Positions 1 through 15,666 of a DNA stretch of 64,000 nt are shown piece by piece. Location: assembly GCF_009914755.1 (NCBI RefSeq), contig NC_060926.1. One strand, 5' to 3'. The translations under genes were made by a program, and so were the position numbers. The notes under the pieces were generated by a model. That model did no database searches. It saw only the letters and a program-made list of their open reading frames with translations, and was not told where the DNA came from. Source of the stretch: the human T2T-CHM13v2.0 reference genome, Homo sapiens. Numbering within the stretch: the stretch's first letter is position 1; each line of letters begins with the position of its first letter.

Positions 1-280
1 GAGTGATCAGCTGTGTCAAATGCTGCTGGTAGAACACTAAGATAAAGACCGAGAAATGATCATTGAATTTGGCAATGGGGAGGTCATTGGTGACCTTGAG
101 GAACTGTTTTGGTGGAGTGGTGGTAGGGAAAGGCTGACTGGTGAGGGCTTAAGAGAAAATAATAAAAGAGGAAATGTAGACCTCAAATATAGATTAACTT
201 TTTACAGGTGATTATTTTTTAAAGTAAAACAGAGAAATGAAATGGGAGCTGAAGAAGGATATGAAGTGAATGGAAACATT
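1..280 (-). mobile_element. LINE-2 fragment
   Basis: ctgtgtcaaatgctgct...ggaggtcattggtgaccttga...ggtggagtggtgg resembles antisense L2. Confidence 0.7.
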
Positions 281-298
281 TTAAAAATGATGTTTATA

Positions 299-602
<304 letters not shown>

Positions 603-644
603 TTATATAGGAGAAAGAGAATGTGGACAGTTGTTGGGAGCATG

Positions 645-941
645 TTTTTTTTTTTTTTTTAGACGGAGTCTTGCTCTGTCGCCCAGGCTGGAGTGCAGTG
701 GTGTGATCTTGGCATATTGCAACCTCCGCCTCCTCCTGGTTCAAGGGATTCTCATGCCTCAGCCGCCCCAGTAGCTGGGATTACAGGCACATGCCACCAT
801 GCCTGGCTAATTTTTGTATTTTTAGTAGAGACGGGGTTTCACCATATTGGCCAGGCTGGTCTCGAACTCCTGACCTTGTGATCCGCCTGCCTTGGCCTTG
901 CAAAGTGCTGGTATTACAGGCATGAGCCAATGTGCCTGGCC
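645..941 (-). mobile_element. AluS element
   Basis: Poly-T followed by a full antisense Alu dimer. TSD ggagcatgt. Confidence 0.92.
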
Positions 942-1746
942 TGGAGCATGTATTCTTTTATGAGTGGTCCTTCTTCTGTGGCACTGTACACAGTGCTAAG
1001 GGAAGACTTTTCTGTCTTTCCTTCTACACTCCCAGATTCTCACTGGGCTAGGTGTCCCTTTTATAAGCTCCCATTTAACTCTATGCTGTTATTGTTGCCT
1101 CTACACTTACCCCTTTCAAAGTATGACCCCTTGTACTTAAAAACAGACCTTTTTAGGTTTAGCTGTGTCTTGATCCAAAGAACCACACTTACCAGAGTAT
1201 GTTAGTTTTAGAGTCATCTAGGAGCTCAGCATAATACCAAAACCACACCTTTTGGTAATCTTGGACTGTAACAGAAGGCAAGAATTATAATAGGATCTCA
1301 CAAACCTTCTCCCACCCACCATGATGAGCTATTTGTAGATCCTTAGTGGCTCTTAAGTATTCTCCCAAGTGTTGAGTTGTGAGTAGCCTGCACATAATGG
1401 CGTTCAATACTGAGAATAGCTACTCAGCTCTGAGCATCCATCCTTTTTCTCACCATTGGCATTCCTGGTGGCACAGTGGCTTCTATCACTCTCTCTGGCT
1501 TGCCTCAGCTTTGATTCTGTCCATTCAATTCTCATTTCCGCCTTGTCTGTCACAGGGTTAGGCTTATGGTAATGAAGAAATGCTCTGTCCTTAGCCAGAG
1601 ATTGGTGTAAGTTAAAAGATGCTGTGAGCGGTAAAACAAACAACATTTAGGCAGATATTAGTTATTATTATTATCTTCAGAGCTCAATATATTTCTGTCT
1701 GTATTTTTAAGGTTTAGATCAGAGTTTTAAAATTAGGGCCATAACC

Positions 1747-2043
<297 letters not shown>

Positions 2044-3237
2044 AAGGGCCAGAACCTTGAAACCACTTGCTAGGGTGTTTGTAGAATGGAGTGGAGGCTG
2101 TGGTGAAACTGTCTAAAGTGCTATGCATGTGTGCCTAGGTGCATTCATCCACCCACTCATACAAATATTTGTAAACGCTTGCTATGTTTTAAGATGTGTT
2201 TAGGGGAGTTTGTGCTGCTCATTTTTTAAAGAGCGGGAACTCTTTGGTAGTTACAATATTAAAAGGATAGACATCCACTCTGAGTAGTTCTGGATCATTT
2301 CTGGAGTTCTTTTTTCAAATATGTCTAAGTAAAACACACCATGTCAAAATACCAGGCTGAGCTGCACACTTGCAGTGAGACAGGATGGAAGACCGAGGAT
2401 TCCACCAGGTCAGGACGCATCTTTGTTACCTTTGCAGAGGTTCTCTAGCACCTCTAGATCTCTGCATGATCTAGTTTGAAAACTCCTCCTCTAGACTATG
2501 ACAAAGTTAAAAAAAAAAAAAAGTGATTCCCTAGGCTTTCCTGTCATAAAAATTGAGAGGCAGACGTTTTTCTTTTAAATGAGTTTTCTGTTTTAGCAAA
2601 TAGAAGCTATTATTTATAGCTTAGTTAAATGTTTTAAATCGCCAAACCTCCGTACCTCTTTCCTATAGAGATTAGTTCATGGAGGGAGTTATGAAAAACA
2701 TCAGTTAATGATAATGATATAGTGGACTTTCAGGAGATGAGAAACTTATTTTGAATACCCACTGCTAGGTAGAAGTTTGACCTTTGCATGTACATCCAGA
2801 AAGGATGGTGGTGTATGCCATCAGCCTTGTGGTTTATAAATATTAGTGATGTGGTCTGAATGCTTTAATAAAAACAAATGAATCAAAGGGGTAGGTCTGT
2901 CTTTATTGTTTGGGATTAAAAAAATAATAATCATACATTCATATATTCTTTTCATACTTTTAAGAAACAAAAAGGCAATTCTGCTAAATTATAATTTTAT
3001 TGTACATTTAAAATGCAGATTTTAAAAACTCAAATTGTGCTTTTTAGTAACTAATAATTTAAGAACTCTTTCTGATCCTCCCCTACTTTTCCAACCTTCT
3101 TTTCTTGCCTAATGTTAGGAAAACCAAATTGAAGATGCCTGCATTTTGAACAGGTTGAACTTGTGGCCTTGGCTATAATTGTCACTTCATAATCTATTTT
3201 TGATTTTAATCTTATTATTATAACTTTCTTTTTACAG

Positions 3238-3312
3238 ACTGGTGAATTTTCAGCTCGTTTCCTTTTGAAGCTGCCCGTAGATTTCAGCAATATCCCCACA
3301 TACCTTCTCAAG
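3238..3312 (+). CDS. BABAM2: Internal coding exon (75 nt, phase 0/0) of BABAM2/BRE/BRCC45, probably exon 6
   Basis: Acceptor tttctttttacag| at 3237 and donor AAG|gtaaaa at 3313. It translates to [25 protein letters not shown], matching the BRE segment ...[38 protein letters not shown]... as I recall it. The exon number is from memory. Confidence 0.96.
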
Positions 3313-3630
3313 GTAAAAATATATGATTTTCAGTATGAGAATATAAGTGAGCTTTTTAAGTAATTATTTAACTCAATATTTGTATGACTGGTTTGTCAGC
3401 ATTTTGTTCAGATGATGAATTCTATTAAAAATATTTCTTACATGAAGTTCCATTGAGCTGTTTTGCTACCTAAAAGCTAAAATAGTAACTGTGAAAGTCA
3501 TTTAGAAGTGAGTTTTCCATATTAAAATAAAATTATTATAAGTGAATTAAACTTTGGGAAAAATCGCTTTTATTTAATAATGTTACTGGAATGAAAGACT
3601 CTCATATAAATTACCTAATATGCAATATTA

Positions 3631-4095
<465 letters not shown>

Positions 4096-4300
4096 CTAAT
4101 TTGATGTTGTTCAGAGAATTAATGGTATTCATAACTGCCTAGAGAAAAGACAGAATCTTTGTACAAGTTTGCTTGCATATTATACTAATCAATAAATAAT
4201 ATTAGATATTAATTTTTATAATGGTTATAAGTATGACTTAGTAGAATATAAACTATAAACCATAGAAAAGGTTAGGGAATTTTTTTTAATACATTCCATC

Positions 4301-4542
4301 TTTTTTTTTTTTGGAAACATGGTCTTGCTCTGTCACCCAAGCTGGAGTGTAGTGGTGTGACCATAGCTCACCCCAAGCTCAAGTGATCCTCCCACCTCAG
4401 CTTTCTGAGTAACTGGGACTACAGGCGTGCACCACTGTGCCAAGCTAATTTTTTGTTTTTTGTAGAGAAAGGGTCTCAGTGGTCCTCCCACCTCACCCTC
4501 CCAAAATGTTGGGATTATAGGTGTGAGCCACTGTTCCTGGTC
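4301..4542 (-). mobile_element. AluJ-like element with internal deletions
   Basis: Diverged antisense Alu with short deletions in both arms. TSD ataca(t/g)tccatct. Confidence 0.85.
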
Positions 4543-7462
4543 TATACAGTCCATCTAAAGAGGAAAATTATTTTCTTTTTCGCTAAGTAAAACATAGGAT
4601 TTTTGTACTTCATTAAACTTTCGTTTTTAGTTTCCAGTTGACTAGTTCTCCATTTTGTACCCAAGAGTTGTAAAGTCCAAATAAGAATGGAAATCATCAA
4701 TTTCTATCAGTTTCTCTACAATCCTGTTGTGGAAAATATATATATTAGATTTGTGATAACCAAGCATAATTAATTTGATTTTGGCAATTACTATGCTCTA
4801 TTAGACTAGTAAGCAGTCTTCTAAGAAACCCTTATAGCATATACTCAGGACCTCCTCCATGTATTCCAGTTAAAACTCTCTTTCAGCTCATTTAGAGGCA
4901 AGTTCAACAGCATATGAAAGTACCTGATTTATATAATCCACAATTTACAGTTACAGTGCTTTGTTTTAATTTACTGTGCCTTATCAGTTTCAGCAGTCTT
5001 CCTGTTTATTTGAAATTGATGTTGCCTCTGCTCATATTCTTGAAGGGTCAAAGGAAAAAAATGTTTGTTGGCTCATAATCTCATATTTATCTCTTCAGCA
5101 TCAAATTATCATATTTTTATTTTAAGAATTCTAACTTTATATGCTGTTCTTATTTTCCTTGCCAGTCAGTTAAGAGAAAGGTGGAATCTATTTGCCAAAA
5201 CAGTAATGTTGTTTAACCCCTGCATTACTGTGAAATGATGTCTCTTCTATAGATAAAATATCTACATTGCAACACTAATGTCCTTCTGGATCTTTAAAGT
5301 TCATGCAAAAAGAGTAAAACAACAATGACCAAAAAGGAGAAACTCTTGTGTAACACAAAGCAACAGCCAAAAAAACAGAAACAGAAACCTACCAGCACAC
5401 CAGAAGCAATCCAGAATACTTGTTGAGGGTTTTAATATCTACATTCCTAAAGTTGTTGTAACATGTGGTTATGCTCTTCAAAGGAAGTTTGCCTTAGGAG
5501 CTGCTTTACATATTATTTGCATTTGGATGCTCCTCATCTAATTACTAGGCCTATAATTGATAGTCTAACTACAAAAATAAACTTCCTGAATTCCTAGGGT
5601 TAGGATACTCTTCACCAGCATCAATATAGTTTTACCTTATCATTTCAAACAAATAAAAGGGAAGGTAGAACTTGAAAATATTGAGTAGTATGGAGTTAGA
5701 CTGCATACCCTATTGATTTGCTACAATGACATTTCATTACACTGTGATGAGGCCATCATTCACTCATAAGTTCATATTACCAGGTGTGCCTGTTTTGCCC
5801 ACTAATAGAATTATTTTATGTTAAAATGAAAAAGCCATTCAATATTCAGTGATATGATTTCCCTTAATATTGTATTGTAAACATATGTGGTTCTTACAGG
5901 GGATAGAGTGAATTTATTCTGAAGATGAAGTCTGATTTCAGAGTCTGAATTTCACTTTTGGTTGAGGTTAATCAAAGGGTCAGATGAATCACTAACATAA
6001 ACACGAAAAATATTTCTGTATTTATTAGGATTCTCATTTTGCAGGTGGTTGAAATCCAGCATGAGCTCATGTAGACCAGAGGAGAAATTTCATACAAATC
6101 CTCTTCTTCTGTGGTCTGTATAGCAGGAAACAGTCCATACTTAGTACTCTACAGATCAGGCGTAGACCAACTGTCTTATGTCTGTTCCACTGGGCTCAGT
6201 TGTGTACCCCTGAACTTCTCAACTGGTGTGTTTATGGGGAGAAATCGTGGTCCCCAGCATAAAGAGGAGATTACAGAAATGATCAAAGTGCAAGTATTCT
6301 CTACAGTTACTGAACCAAAGAAAGATGGTTTTATAATTACATACTTTCTCTTAACGAACAGCTAGTCATTAGATGCTGCTGCTCTTAATTTTCTTAGAGT
6401 GTGGTGAAAAGTGCTGTATGTGTATTCCTGTCTTTATTTTTGTCCTGAGAATTAGTGAACTTAACAATATGATGCTAAGAAGGCTGTGTTTTTGTTTTTG
6501 CTTCTGTTTTCTGTAAAACCATACTCCATAGAAAAGTAGCTAAAGAAAAGGTTTGAATTGTCTACTAACATTTTTATTCTCTGAACAAGAAGCTTAGAAA
6601 CTAAGAATACAGTATTTTGGGGGATAGGAGAGGCTTACTTGTAAATATGATGTGTGTTTGAATTGGTCACTTAAAATAGTAAGCCAGTTTTATACAGAAT
6701 ACAGTGAAGTTAAATCCTAGAGCTAGGAATCCCTTCAGTAGCATCATACAAAAATATGGAGGCAAATTGTTTTATCCCACTGAACTGGAGGGTTAAATAG
6801 CAACTATTTCCTGCTGATACTGGATATGGCAAATATAACCGTGCAAAGAAAATCAACATTAACTTTTTTTTGTTGGGTAAGAAAAGACCATATTGTTTAT
6901 GTAGGCTAAATTGTTGGAGTATCTCTAAACTAGAAATCAGTGAGCCCTAGCCCAGGTTAGAAGTAAGGCTATAACCAATTGACTATGACTGAAGTACTTG
7001 GACTTTTATTGGCATTATTTAATATCACACACTGAGCCCATTCATCCTGATGGATTGCATGTAGAAATTTAGTTCTACTGTGGAATCTGAATCATGACAC
7101 TACAGCGAAATTAATTGAGTGTGAAAAAGCTAAAATAGGTTGTTTATACAAGAGATGAAGTTCTCATCCTTCTTCTGAAGTCACTGTGGCTGTACTGATC
7201 AGTCAGGGCACAATCAGTGCAGAGCCCAGGTCACTCTGCCAAACAGAGGCAGAAAGCAGGAATTCAGTTCAGGGTGTCTAGACTTGTTCAGGAGCCTAGG
7301 ATAGGCAGAGAGTTGTGAATATGTAACTATGCAATGGTCTAAGCAGATCACTAACATGGAAGAGAGCATCTAGGTGTGCTGAGATTATCTGATGCAGGAG
7401 CAGCCTCCTCAGCCTGACATTGGCCAGCCGGCTACCTACTTATAGTCAGTCTGCTTTCTAAC

Positions 7463-7834
7463 CAAACCTAGTAGCAAATGCAGATATTCACAGAGCCAGG
7501 CAAGTACTGAAAAGGAGTGAATCTGACTTGATACAATACAATAGGAAATGGTAGGGACTGGAGTGAACTAGCATGTATGTGCTTCATCTAAAGGCAGCAG
7601 CTGCTATACAGCTACAGAGTTGTTTTCCATTTGATAATTTGGGACTGGTGTTGCCAGATATCCAGATGTTATTAAAAAGGAGCCCAGAATCTCAGGGCTT
7701 CTTGTTGATGTTGTTGTTAATATGAAAAACTACTATCTTTTAAGTAATAGCAATGATAAATATTGTTTACAAACACTGTGCAAGAACACTTCTATGTCGT
7801 AGCCATGGCCTGTGGGTTAATTTGTGACCCTTGC
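7463..7834. mobile_element. hAT-Charlie DNA transposon, MER102-like
   Basis: gccaggcaagta...gagtgaa, gttgccagat, aaacactgtg, tggcctgtggg...tttgtgacccttgctcta. Confidence 0.55.
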
Positions 7835-9166
7835 TCTAAAACCTAACTGTCTTGTACCAGGTGGGTGGCAGAAGGCTTTTCTTCACTTTCCTTGATTTAT
7901 ACTATACAGTGTGGTATTCAGGGAGATCTTACTATGACCCAGTGGGTAACAGGAGAACCTTGAACTGCAGTGCCACTCAATATCCTGAGCCGCTTATCAC
8001 AACTGCAACAGAGTGGCCAGAATGAGTTTGGCTTGGTTTTTGAGTGCGGTACTGTGCAGAACACCTAAGTACTGATTTTGCCATAAAATGATACTGGGAT
8101 TAGACAAACAACAAAAGAAATTCAAGCATAATCATTGTCCTCAGAGACCTTATAATATAATTGATAAGTTAACATTTACTGATAAATAGTTAAGTGTTAA
8201 CTTGTACGCTACCTGCCCAGTAAGCTTTTAAAAAGAATAAAATTGTTATGGATTGGAATGATTAGGTCATAAAATCTTTATGACCAAGTTTGGGCATTAG
8301 CTAGACCTCTAAGTGGCATAGCTTTTCAAGGCTGGAGGGGAGGAGGAACAGATCAGGGATGGATGATCATGCAGTCAGTGGTGGGACTGTGTGGACATAC
8401 TTGATTTGGGAAGTAGGTAGTAATCTAGGTTGCAAGAGAAATTTCCTGCAAGAGACTACTGAGAGATAAAACCAGGAAAAAAAGTTGGAAAGATACTGAA
8501 TGCTGGGAGATTGATTTTAGACTTCATTTAGCAGGTAGTCTTAATCCCCTTATAACTGGGTTATCATGGTAAGAGCTATTTCCTTGGCCCCATTCTCTTC
8601 AGTTCCCAATCTTCCTGCAGTGTTACTGTTAGTCTCCTGTAACGTTTCTCAAAATGAGTAGTACTTACTTGTTGGATGCTGCTTCTAGAGCCCATTCTCC
8701 CATGCAGTGCTGTTTTACACAGCTTCCCAAAATGTGCGTTTAATCTCAGAAAGGCAACTATCCGCAGTGTCCTGCCAGTGCTGTGAGAATTCCCAGTGCT
8801 GTCATTTTGCTCATGCTCTTCTTTCTGGCTCTGAAATTCCTACTCTTTCATCTTTTTCTGGATAATTCACTTAATTGACATAAAAATAAGGAGAAGTCCA
8901 AAGAAATTCAATTACTTGCCCAAGACTGTGTTTATTTGGAGGTATTGACAGAATATCTTATTTTGATTATTGGCAGCTAGAATGAGAGAGGTGCTAAAAG
9001 GTCAAGGTGGAAAAGAAGCAGGATAATGAAACCAAAGTGAACCTTTTGAAGGAGGAAATTTTGCACACAACTGTGGAGAAACCTGAATTTGGAGAATCCA
9101 ATGGAAGAGAATTGTCGTATATGTAGAAGGACAACAGGAGCTCAGAGTCATAAAGGTCAAGGTGTG

Positions 9167-9511
<345 letters not shown>

Positions 9512-9788
9512 TGAAAGAATTAGAACCAAGAAAAAAAGCATTTGAATTTGTGAGGATGATAGGGATGGTGAGAGTAGAGAGAACACTTTAAGTAGGATGA
9601 CCAGAATAGAGGCCAGATTGTTGGTGTTCATGAGGATATGAATGATTAGAAAATGTACTCAGTGGGTATCTGACAAAATGAATTTTGGAAATGGGATGGA
9701 AACTTGAAGAACTGAAATGATCAAGTGAAACTATTAAGAAGAAACAACTGAAATGATAGCATACTAGCCAAAATAATCATAGAGAAGG

Positions 9789-10100
<312 letters not shown>

Positions 10101-11241
10101 GTAATCATAGAGAAGGTTTCTTAAGAAGTTGTTTTAATTCGTGATATGCTTAAATATGATCATTATATCAATGTTCTCTCCTGGAAAAGTTTAAAGGAAA
10201 TTTTGCCTGGAAAAGCCCATTTCAAGTGGTGCTGTCATTCTTTTATATTGTTAGGAGAAATAGGTAATGGCATGAGTGTTAAAAAACAAAGTGTGTGTAT
10301 GACAGTCACATTTTGTGACTTGCCATTAAAGATTGAATAAGTTGGCAGAGTTTTGAAATTTCTCATTCTTCTCATCTGCCCTTAGGAACAGGGGAGGATT
10401 TTGCATTCCCTGCACCCAGAAGAACATTAGACTGATTAACGTTACTGGAATTTTTTTGTGGATGAATTCTTGCATTGTCTTTTACTATTTGGAAATGCTT
10501 GAAGCCCATTTAGCATTACATGTTTGCTAGAAAGGAAACTGGTAATTTCCCCCCAGATATTCACTTTATTTAAAATCCAGCAAGCTTGTTAGGGTGGTAT
10601 GTATTGATTATAATTCTTTTTCAGCACATGTAAGATAGAAACATTGAAAAGCCTTTGATTCTGATAAGAATATATAAATTCAAAGGCTGACCTTACAAGT
10701 TTTTCTCTAAACCACAGATTAAATAACTCCTCTGAATTTGAGACTTTTAAGTTCAGGGAATTTTTTTGAAATCAGTAAAGTCACACTTAATAGTCAGCTT
10801 TTAGAGAGAAAGACTGCTTTAACACACTCTTGTAAAATCTAGCTTTAAAGCAAAATAGTCGTCTGGTACTTGAAGGACCATAAAGAATTCACACAGAACC
10901 GTCATCTTCTTATCTTAAAGGAAATAATTTCTGTCTAATCAAATAGGAGTGGGCATACTTTTCTAAAAGTAGGAAGGAGTACTGGGAAGATAGTGCCATA
11001 AAAGTAGGGTGCTGTTTACTCCTGTAATAAGACGATTTATCCTTGCTAAATTTGAGCCAAAATTTGCATTTGAGACTTAATCACAAAGAAAGCAGTGAGA
11101 TGGTCTGAACACTTACACTGCAGGGAATCTGTCTCTTTCTTTATTAAGCAGTGGACCCATGGCTGCGCTCAGTACCTCGTCCTTGTTCCACCTCCCTTCT
11201 CTAGAGAGCAGACAGGACTTAGGGAAAAATACACTCTAGTT

Positions 11242-11650
11242 CAGGGTCCAGCAGGCTCCTCTAAAGGGCAAGATAGTAAAATTTTAGAGTTGTGTGCCAT
11301 ATGGTCTCTGTCACAACTACTCAACTCTGCTTTCATAGCATGAAAGCAGCTACAGACAATATGTAAATGAATGAGTGTGGCTGAGTTCCAATAAAACTTT
11401 ATTTTCATGTTTGAGATGATGGATATGCTAATTACCCTGATCTGATCACTATACATTATGTGTATAGAAACATCACTATGTTTTTCATGAATATGTACAG
11501 TTATTATTTGTCAATTAAAAAATATGAATTTCTAAAAACAAAAACAAAACAACGTTTATTTTTAAAGTAAAAGATAAACCGTTTTTTTAAATCCAGCCCA
11601 GGCATTGGGCTGGATTTGGCCCATAGGCAGTAGTTTGTGGATCCCTTTTC
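11242..11650 (+). mobile_element. MER58A DNA transposon split by an L1MA 3' end (about 11407-11550)
   Basis: ggtctctgtcacaactactcaactctgc...gttccaataaaactttattt, then gggctggatttggccc...gtagtttg. The insert gatggatatgctaattaccctgatctgatc is a typical L1MA 3'UTR. Confidence 0.8.
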
Positions 11651-11950
11651 TAGATGATGGAGGGGAGTGTTTCTTCACAAAGACACCTGGTGCATCATAA
11701 ATAGATACGTAAAGGGATTTGGCTCAGTGAGTGTCCGTGGTTTTTATACCATGGTCTCTGTTTATGTTTGATTAGTACCTTCAACTCTGTTGAAGTCTCC
11801 CTTCTTCTCTTTCTCCCCCTACCCTTTTTTTAACCTTCCTTCTTTTATTCCATCTTCTCTCTTATTTTAAATCATCTGTTAGTAACATAAAATTTACTGA
11901 ATTATCTTCCAAGTCTTAGTTTCCCAAACTGTTAAAATGACGTTAGCTAT

Positions 11951-12326
11951 TATTATGATCTGAAATTTTATACCCACCTTCCCCCAAATTTATATGTTGA
12001 AATCCTAATCCCCAAGGTGATGGTATTAGGAGTTAGGACCTTTGGAGGTGATTCAGTTATGAGGGTGGAGCCCTGGTGAATGGGATTAATACCCTTATGA
12101 AAGAAGCCCTAGAGGGCTAACAGGCCTGAGGACACAGTGAGAAGGCACCATCTGTGAACTAGGAAACAGGCCCTCACCAGACACCACAGTTGCTGCTACC
12201 TTGATCATGGACTTTCTAGCTTCCAGTACTGTAAGAAACAACTCTCTGTTTTTTACACAGTTTATAGTATTTTGTTAGCTACGCAGTTTATAGTGTTTTG
12301 TTATGGGAATTGGAACTGACTAAGAT
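11951..12326 (+). mobile_element. MaLR solo LTR (MLT1A-like) inserted in a MIR
   Basis: aaatttatatgttgaaatcctaatcccc...gactaagata. 5-bp TSD gctat. MIR-like sequence on both sides. Confidence 0.8.
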
Positions 12327-12490
12327 AGCTATGCTTACCACACAGGATTGTTGGGACTATTAATGAGATAATAAATATGATGGTACTTAATACACTTCTG
12401 AGCTTGGTGCAGGTGCAGAATAGAAATGGTTTTGATTTCATTAAGTCATTTAATTTGTATTTCAAAGTATTGAATTTACTGTGGAACTAA

Positions 12491-12948
12491 GCACTATTCA
12501 CAATAGCAAAAACATGGAATCAACTTAAATGCCCATCAGTGGTAGACTGGATGAAAAAAATGTGGTACATATGCACAAGTGAATACTGTACAGCCATTAA
12601 AACAATGAGATCATGTCTTTTGCAACAACAGCGATGGAGCTGGAGGTCATTATCCTAAGGAAACTAACACAGGAACAGAATACCAAATACTGCATGTTCT
12701 TACTCATAAGTGGGAGCTGAACTTTGAGTATATGTGGATACAAAAAAGGGAGAAATAGCCACCAAGGCCTACCCTAGGGTGGAGGGTGAGAGGAGGGTGA
12801 GGATCAAAAAACTACCTGTCAAGTACTATGGTTATTACCTGGGTAACAAAATAATCTGTATACCAAACCCTGTGGCATGCAATACACCTGTATAACAAAC
12901 CTGCACATGTACCCCTGAACCTAAAATAAAAGTTAAAAAAAAGAAAAA
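12491..12948 (+). mobile_element. L1 3' end (old L1PA/L1PB)
   Basis: gcactattcacaatagcaaa...acaaacctgcacatgtacccctgaacctaaaataaaagtt followed by an A tail. Confidence 0.9.
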
Positions 12949-13162
12949 ATTTCATTGAAATTATGACAGAGTTATGTTTACTACTTAATTTTTCCTCTCT
13001 TCTGATTTCCCTTATGTAGAATTCAAAACTTAAATTTTTACTTGCCTTAAGTTTCCAAATATGATTTATGGTAATTCTGACAATGGTATATATATTTTCT
13101 TAGTAAAAATGAAGAAGTCACAGGTAGTTTCTTGGAAAAAAGAAGTTACAGGTAGTTTCTTG

Positions 13163-13932
13163 GAATGTAGATTGGGGTAACCCATTATGGAAAACACAAT
13201 GGAGGTTTCTAAAGAAATTAAAAATAGAACTACCAGTAATGCCTCTTCTGGGCATATAACCAAAGGAAATGAAATCACCACCTCATAAAGATCTCTGCAC
13301 AGCCATGTTCATTGCAGCTTTAGTCACAAGAGCCAACATATGGAAACAACCTAATTGTTCAACAGTGGTTGAATGGATAAGGAAACTGTGGTACATATGC
13401 ATTTTGAAATATTATTCAGTCCTAAAAAAGAATGAGATCTTGCCATTTGCCACAACATGGGTGAGCCTGGAGGATATGATGCTAAGTGGAATAAGCCAGA
13501 CACAGAAAGAAAAGTATTGCATGATCTCGCTTGTATGTAGAATCTTAAAAAAAATTTCAAATATATGCGGAGAACAATACAGAGGTTACCATGGGTTGGG
13601 GGTGGTGGTGAGTGGTGAATGGGGGGATGTAGGATACATCTTCTGTGTACATCAGAGGGTACGAAGAGCACCTGTGTAGGATGAACAAGTCTAGCACTCT
13701 AATGTGCAACAGGACTACAGGTTATAGAATTGTACCATATATGGAATTCATGCTAAATGAGTAGATTTCAGCTGCTCTGGCCATAAAAACAACCACCAAA
13801 AAATGGGTAACTATGTGAGATGATGGATGTATTAATTTCCTTCACTGTAGTAACCTTTTTATTGTCTGTATATATCCCATAACATCAGATTGTATGCCTT
13901 AAATATACACAATAAAATTTATTTTTTAAAAA
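13163..13932 (+). mobile_element. L1MA 3' fragment (ORF2 C-terminus and 3'UTR)
   Basis: ORF 13269-13679 gives KDLCTAMFIAAL...WKQP..., a degenerate ORF2p C-terminus. Confidence 0.85.
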
Positions 13933-14589
13933 AGAGAGCCTTCCTCTTTTGGCTTTCTTTTGTTGTTTTACAGTTTATTTAAAATTTTTTTTTATGATGT
14001 GCTTCTTTCTTTTTTTCAAAATTTCTATTTTAGAATGTAGGTGTATCTCAAATGATTATCAGTTGACCTGCTTTGCTACCCTGTCCCCATTTATAGTGAT
14101 TGTCATTTAAGTACAGTCTATTCTTCTACAGGACATGCTTTAGTAACATGAATTAGTTCGTTCACAATTGGCAAATAGTAGAAGCCTGTCAGTATAATAC
14201 AAAAGCAGCTATGGCTTACAGTTGACTTTTTCTCTAGCACATTAATTATTTTGACCACTAAATACAGCAACTAAATGCAAAGTACACTAATACAGATGAA
14301 CATAGCAAGCTTTGGAGGCATACTGTATTATTTATTGTATCACTTATTATTGGGAATATAGCATCTTAAATACATTAATATTTTACTGAAATTACTTTGG
14401 TTTTTGTCAGTGCTGTGCTTACAAAGTTGTGCAGGCCTTAAGTGGTCTATATTTTCCTCATAAGTCTCTTATTTTTAGTATGTAATTTACTAGAATGCAA
14501 TTTTTTAAGGAATGCGTATATCATATTATAGCAGCAACACTTGTATTTTAAAACTTATAGGCTAGGCATTCTTAGTCCTTTGCACTTTC

Positions 14590-14890
14590 CAAATATGTCG
14601 CAGGTTTTTAAGTCCTTCTCCATCTTCATACTTCTCTTTAGGGAGTGTTCCAGATTGCCAGCATCTCTCTTAAACTGTGGTGCCCAAAAATAAGCACAAA
14701 ACTCCAGGGAGGGTTGATCAGGTCAGTGTTTATTAAGACTCTAAGCATCAACATTAATTCGTACTTCTTGAGTTTGTAGAAGACCATACTTCCTTGTCTT
14801 ACTAATCCAGCTTTAAGCAGTTGGTTTTCCTAAGCCAATGTGTAGACTTAATCCCTTCATATCAGCTTTTTGGATTTGCCCTATTTTCTT
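14590..14890 (-). mobile_element. CR1/L3 fragment
   Basis: ctcttaaactgtggtgcccaaaaataagcacaaaactccag resembles antisense L3. Confidence 0.55.
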
Positions 14891-15374
14891 CAGTCCGTTT
14901 ATGAGGGAAGCCTTGCAACCTATGATCCAGAAAGGGAAGTGGGGATTGGAACCATATAGCACAGTGAGACTAACAGGAATTATGGGATGTGATCACTACA
15001 GGTGACCATTTTTTTTTTTTAATCTGGAACTACTTTCCTCTATGGTAGAGTTTTCTTCACCCACATCTTAAAGGTGCCACCTGGCACCTGACAGGTTGTG
15101 CCGGTTTGTTTCTGTCATCTGTTCTCATTACTCCATTTTCATCAATCAGCAGACCTACAACTCAAATAAAGGTAAAAGCTGATTAATGGTGTAAGGTGAC
15201 TACACAGATAATAGTGTAATGCATGTTAGGATAATACTTAATTATTAAGAAAAGTACAAAATTTAGTAGGTTGGTGAGAGAGGATTACACCTGGCTGGGA
15301 AAAAAACCTTTATAAAGGAGGTGACATTTGGAACGGCCTTGAAAGACTTGGTTTTGATAAAGAGAAGCTAGACA

Positions 15375-15666
<292 letters not shown>

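Noticed and set aside
3051-3311. 86-aa minus-strand ORF overlapping the exon
   Set aside because: It is the antisense shadow of the BABAM2 exon, has no ATG start and no recognisable protein features.
6031-6060. Acceptor-like ttctcattttgcag|gtggtt as a recursive site or exon
   Set aside because: The reconstituted donor is weak, and the sequence resembles the end of an old MLT1-type LTR.
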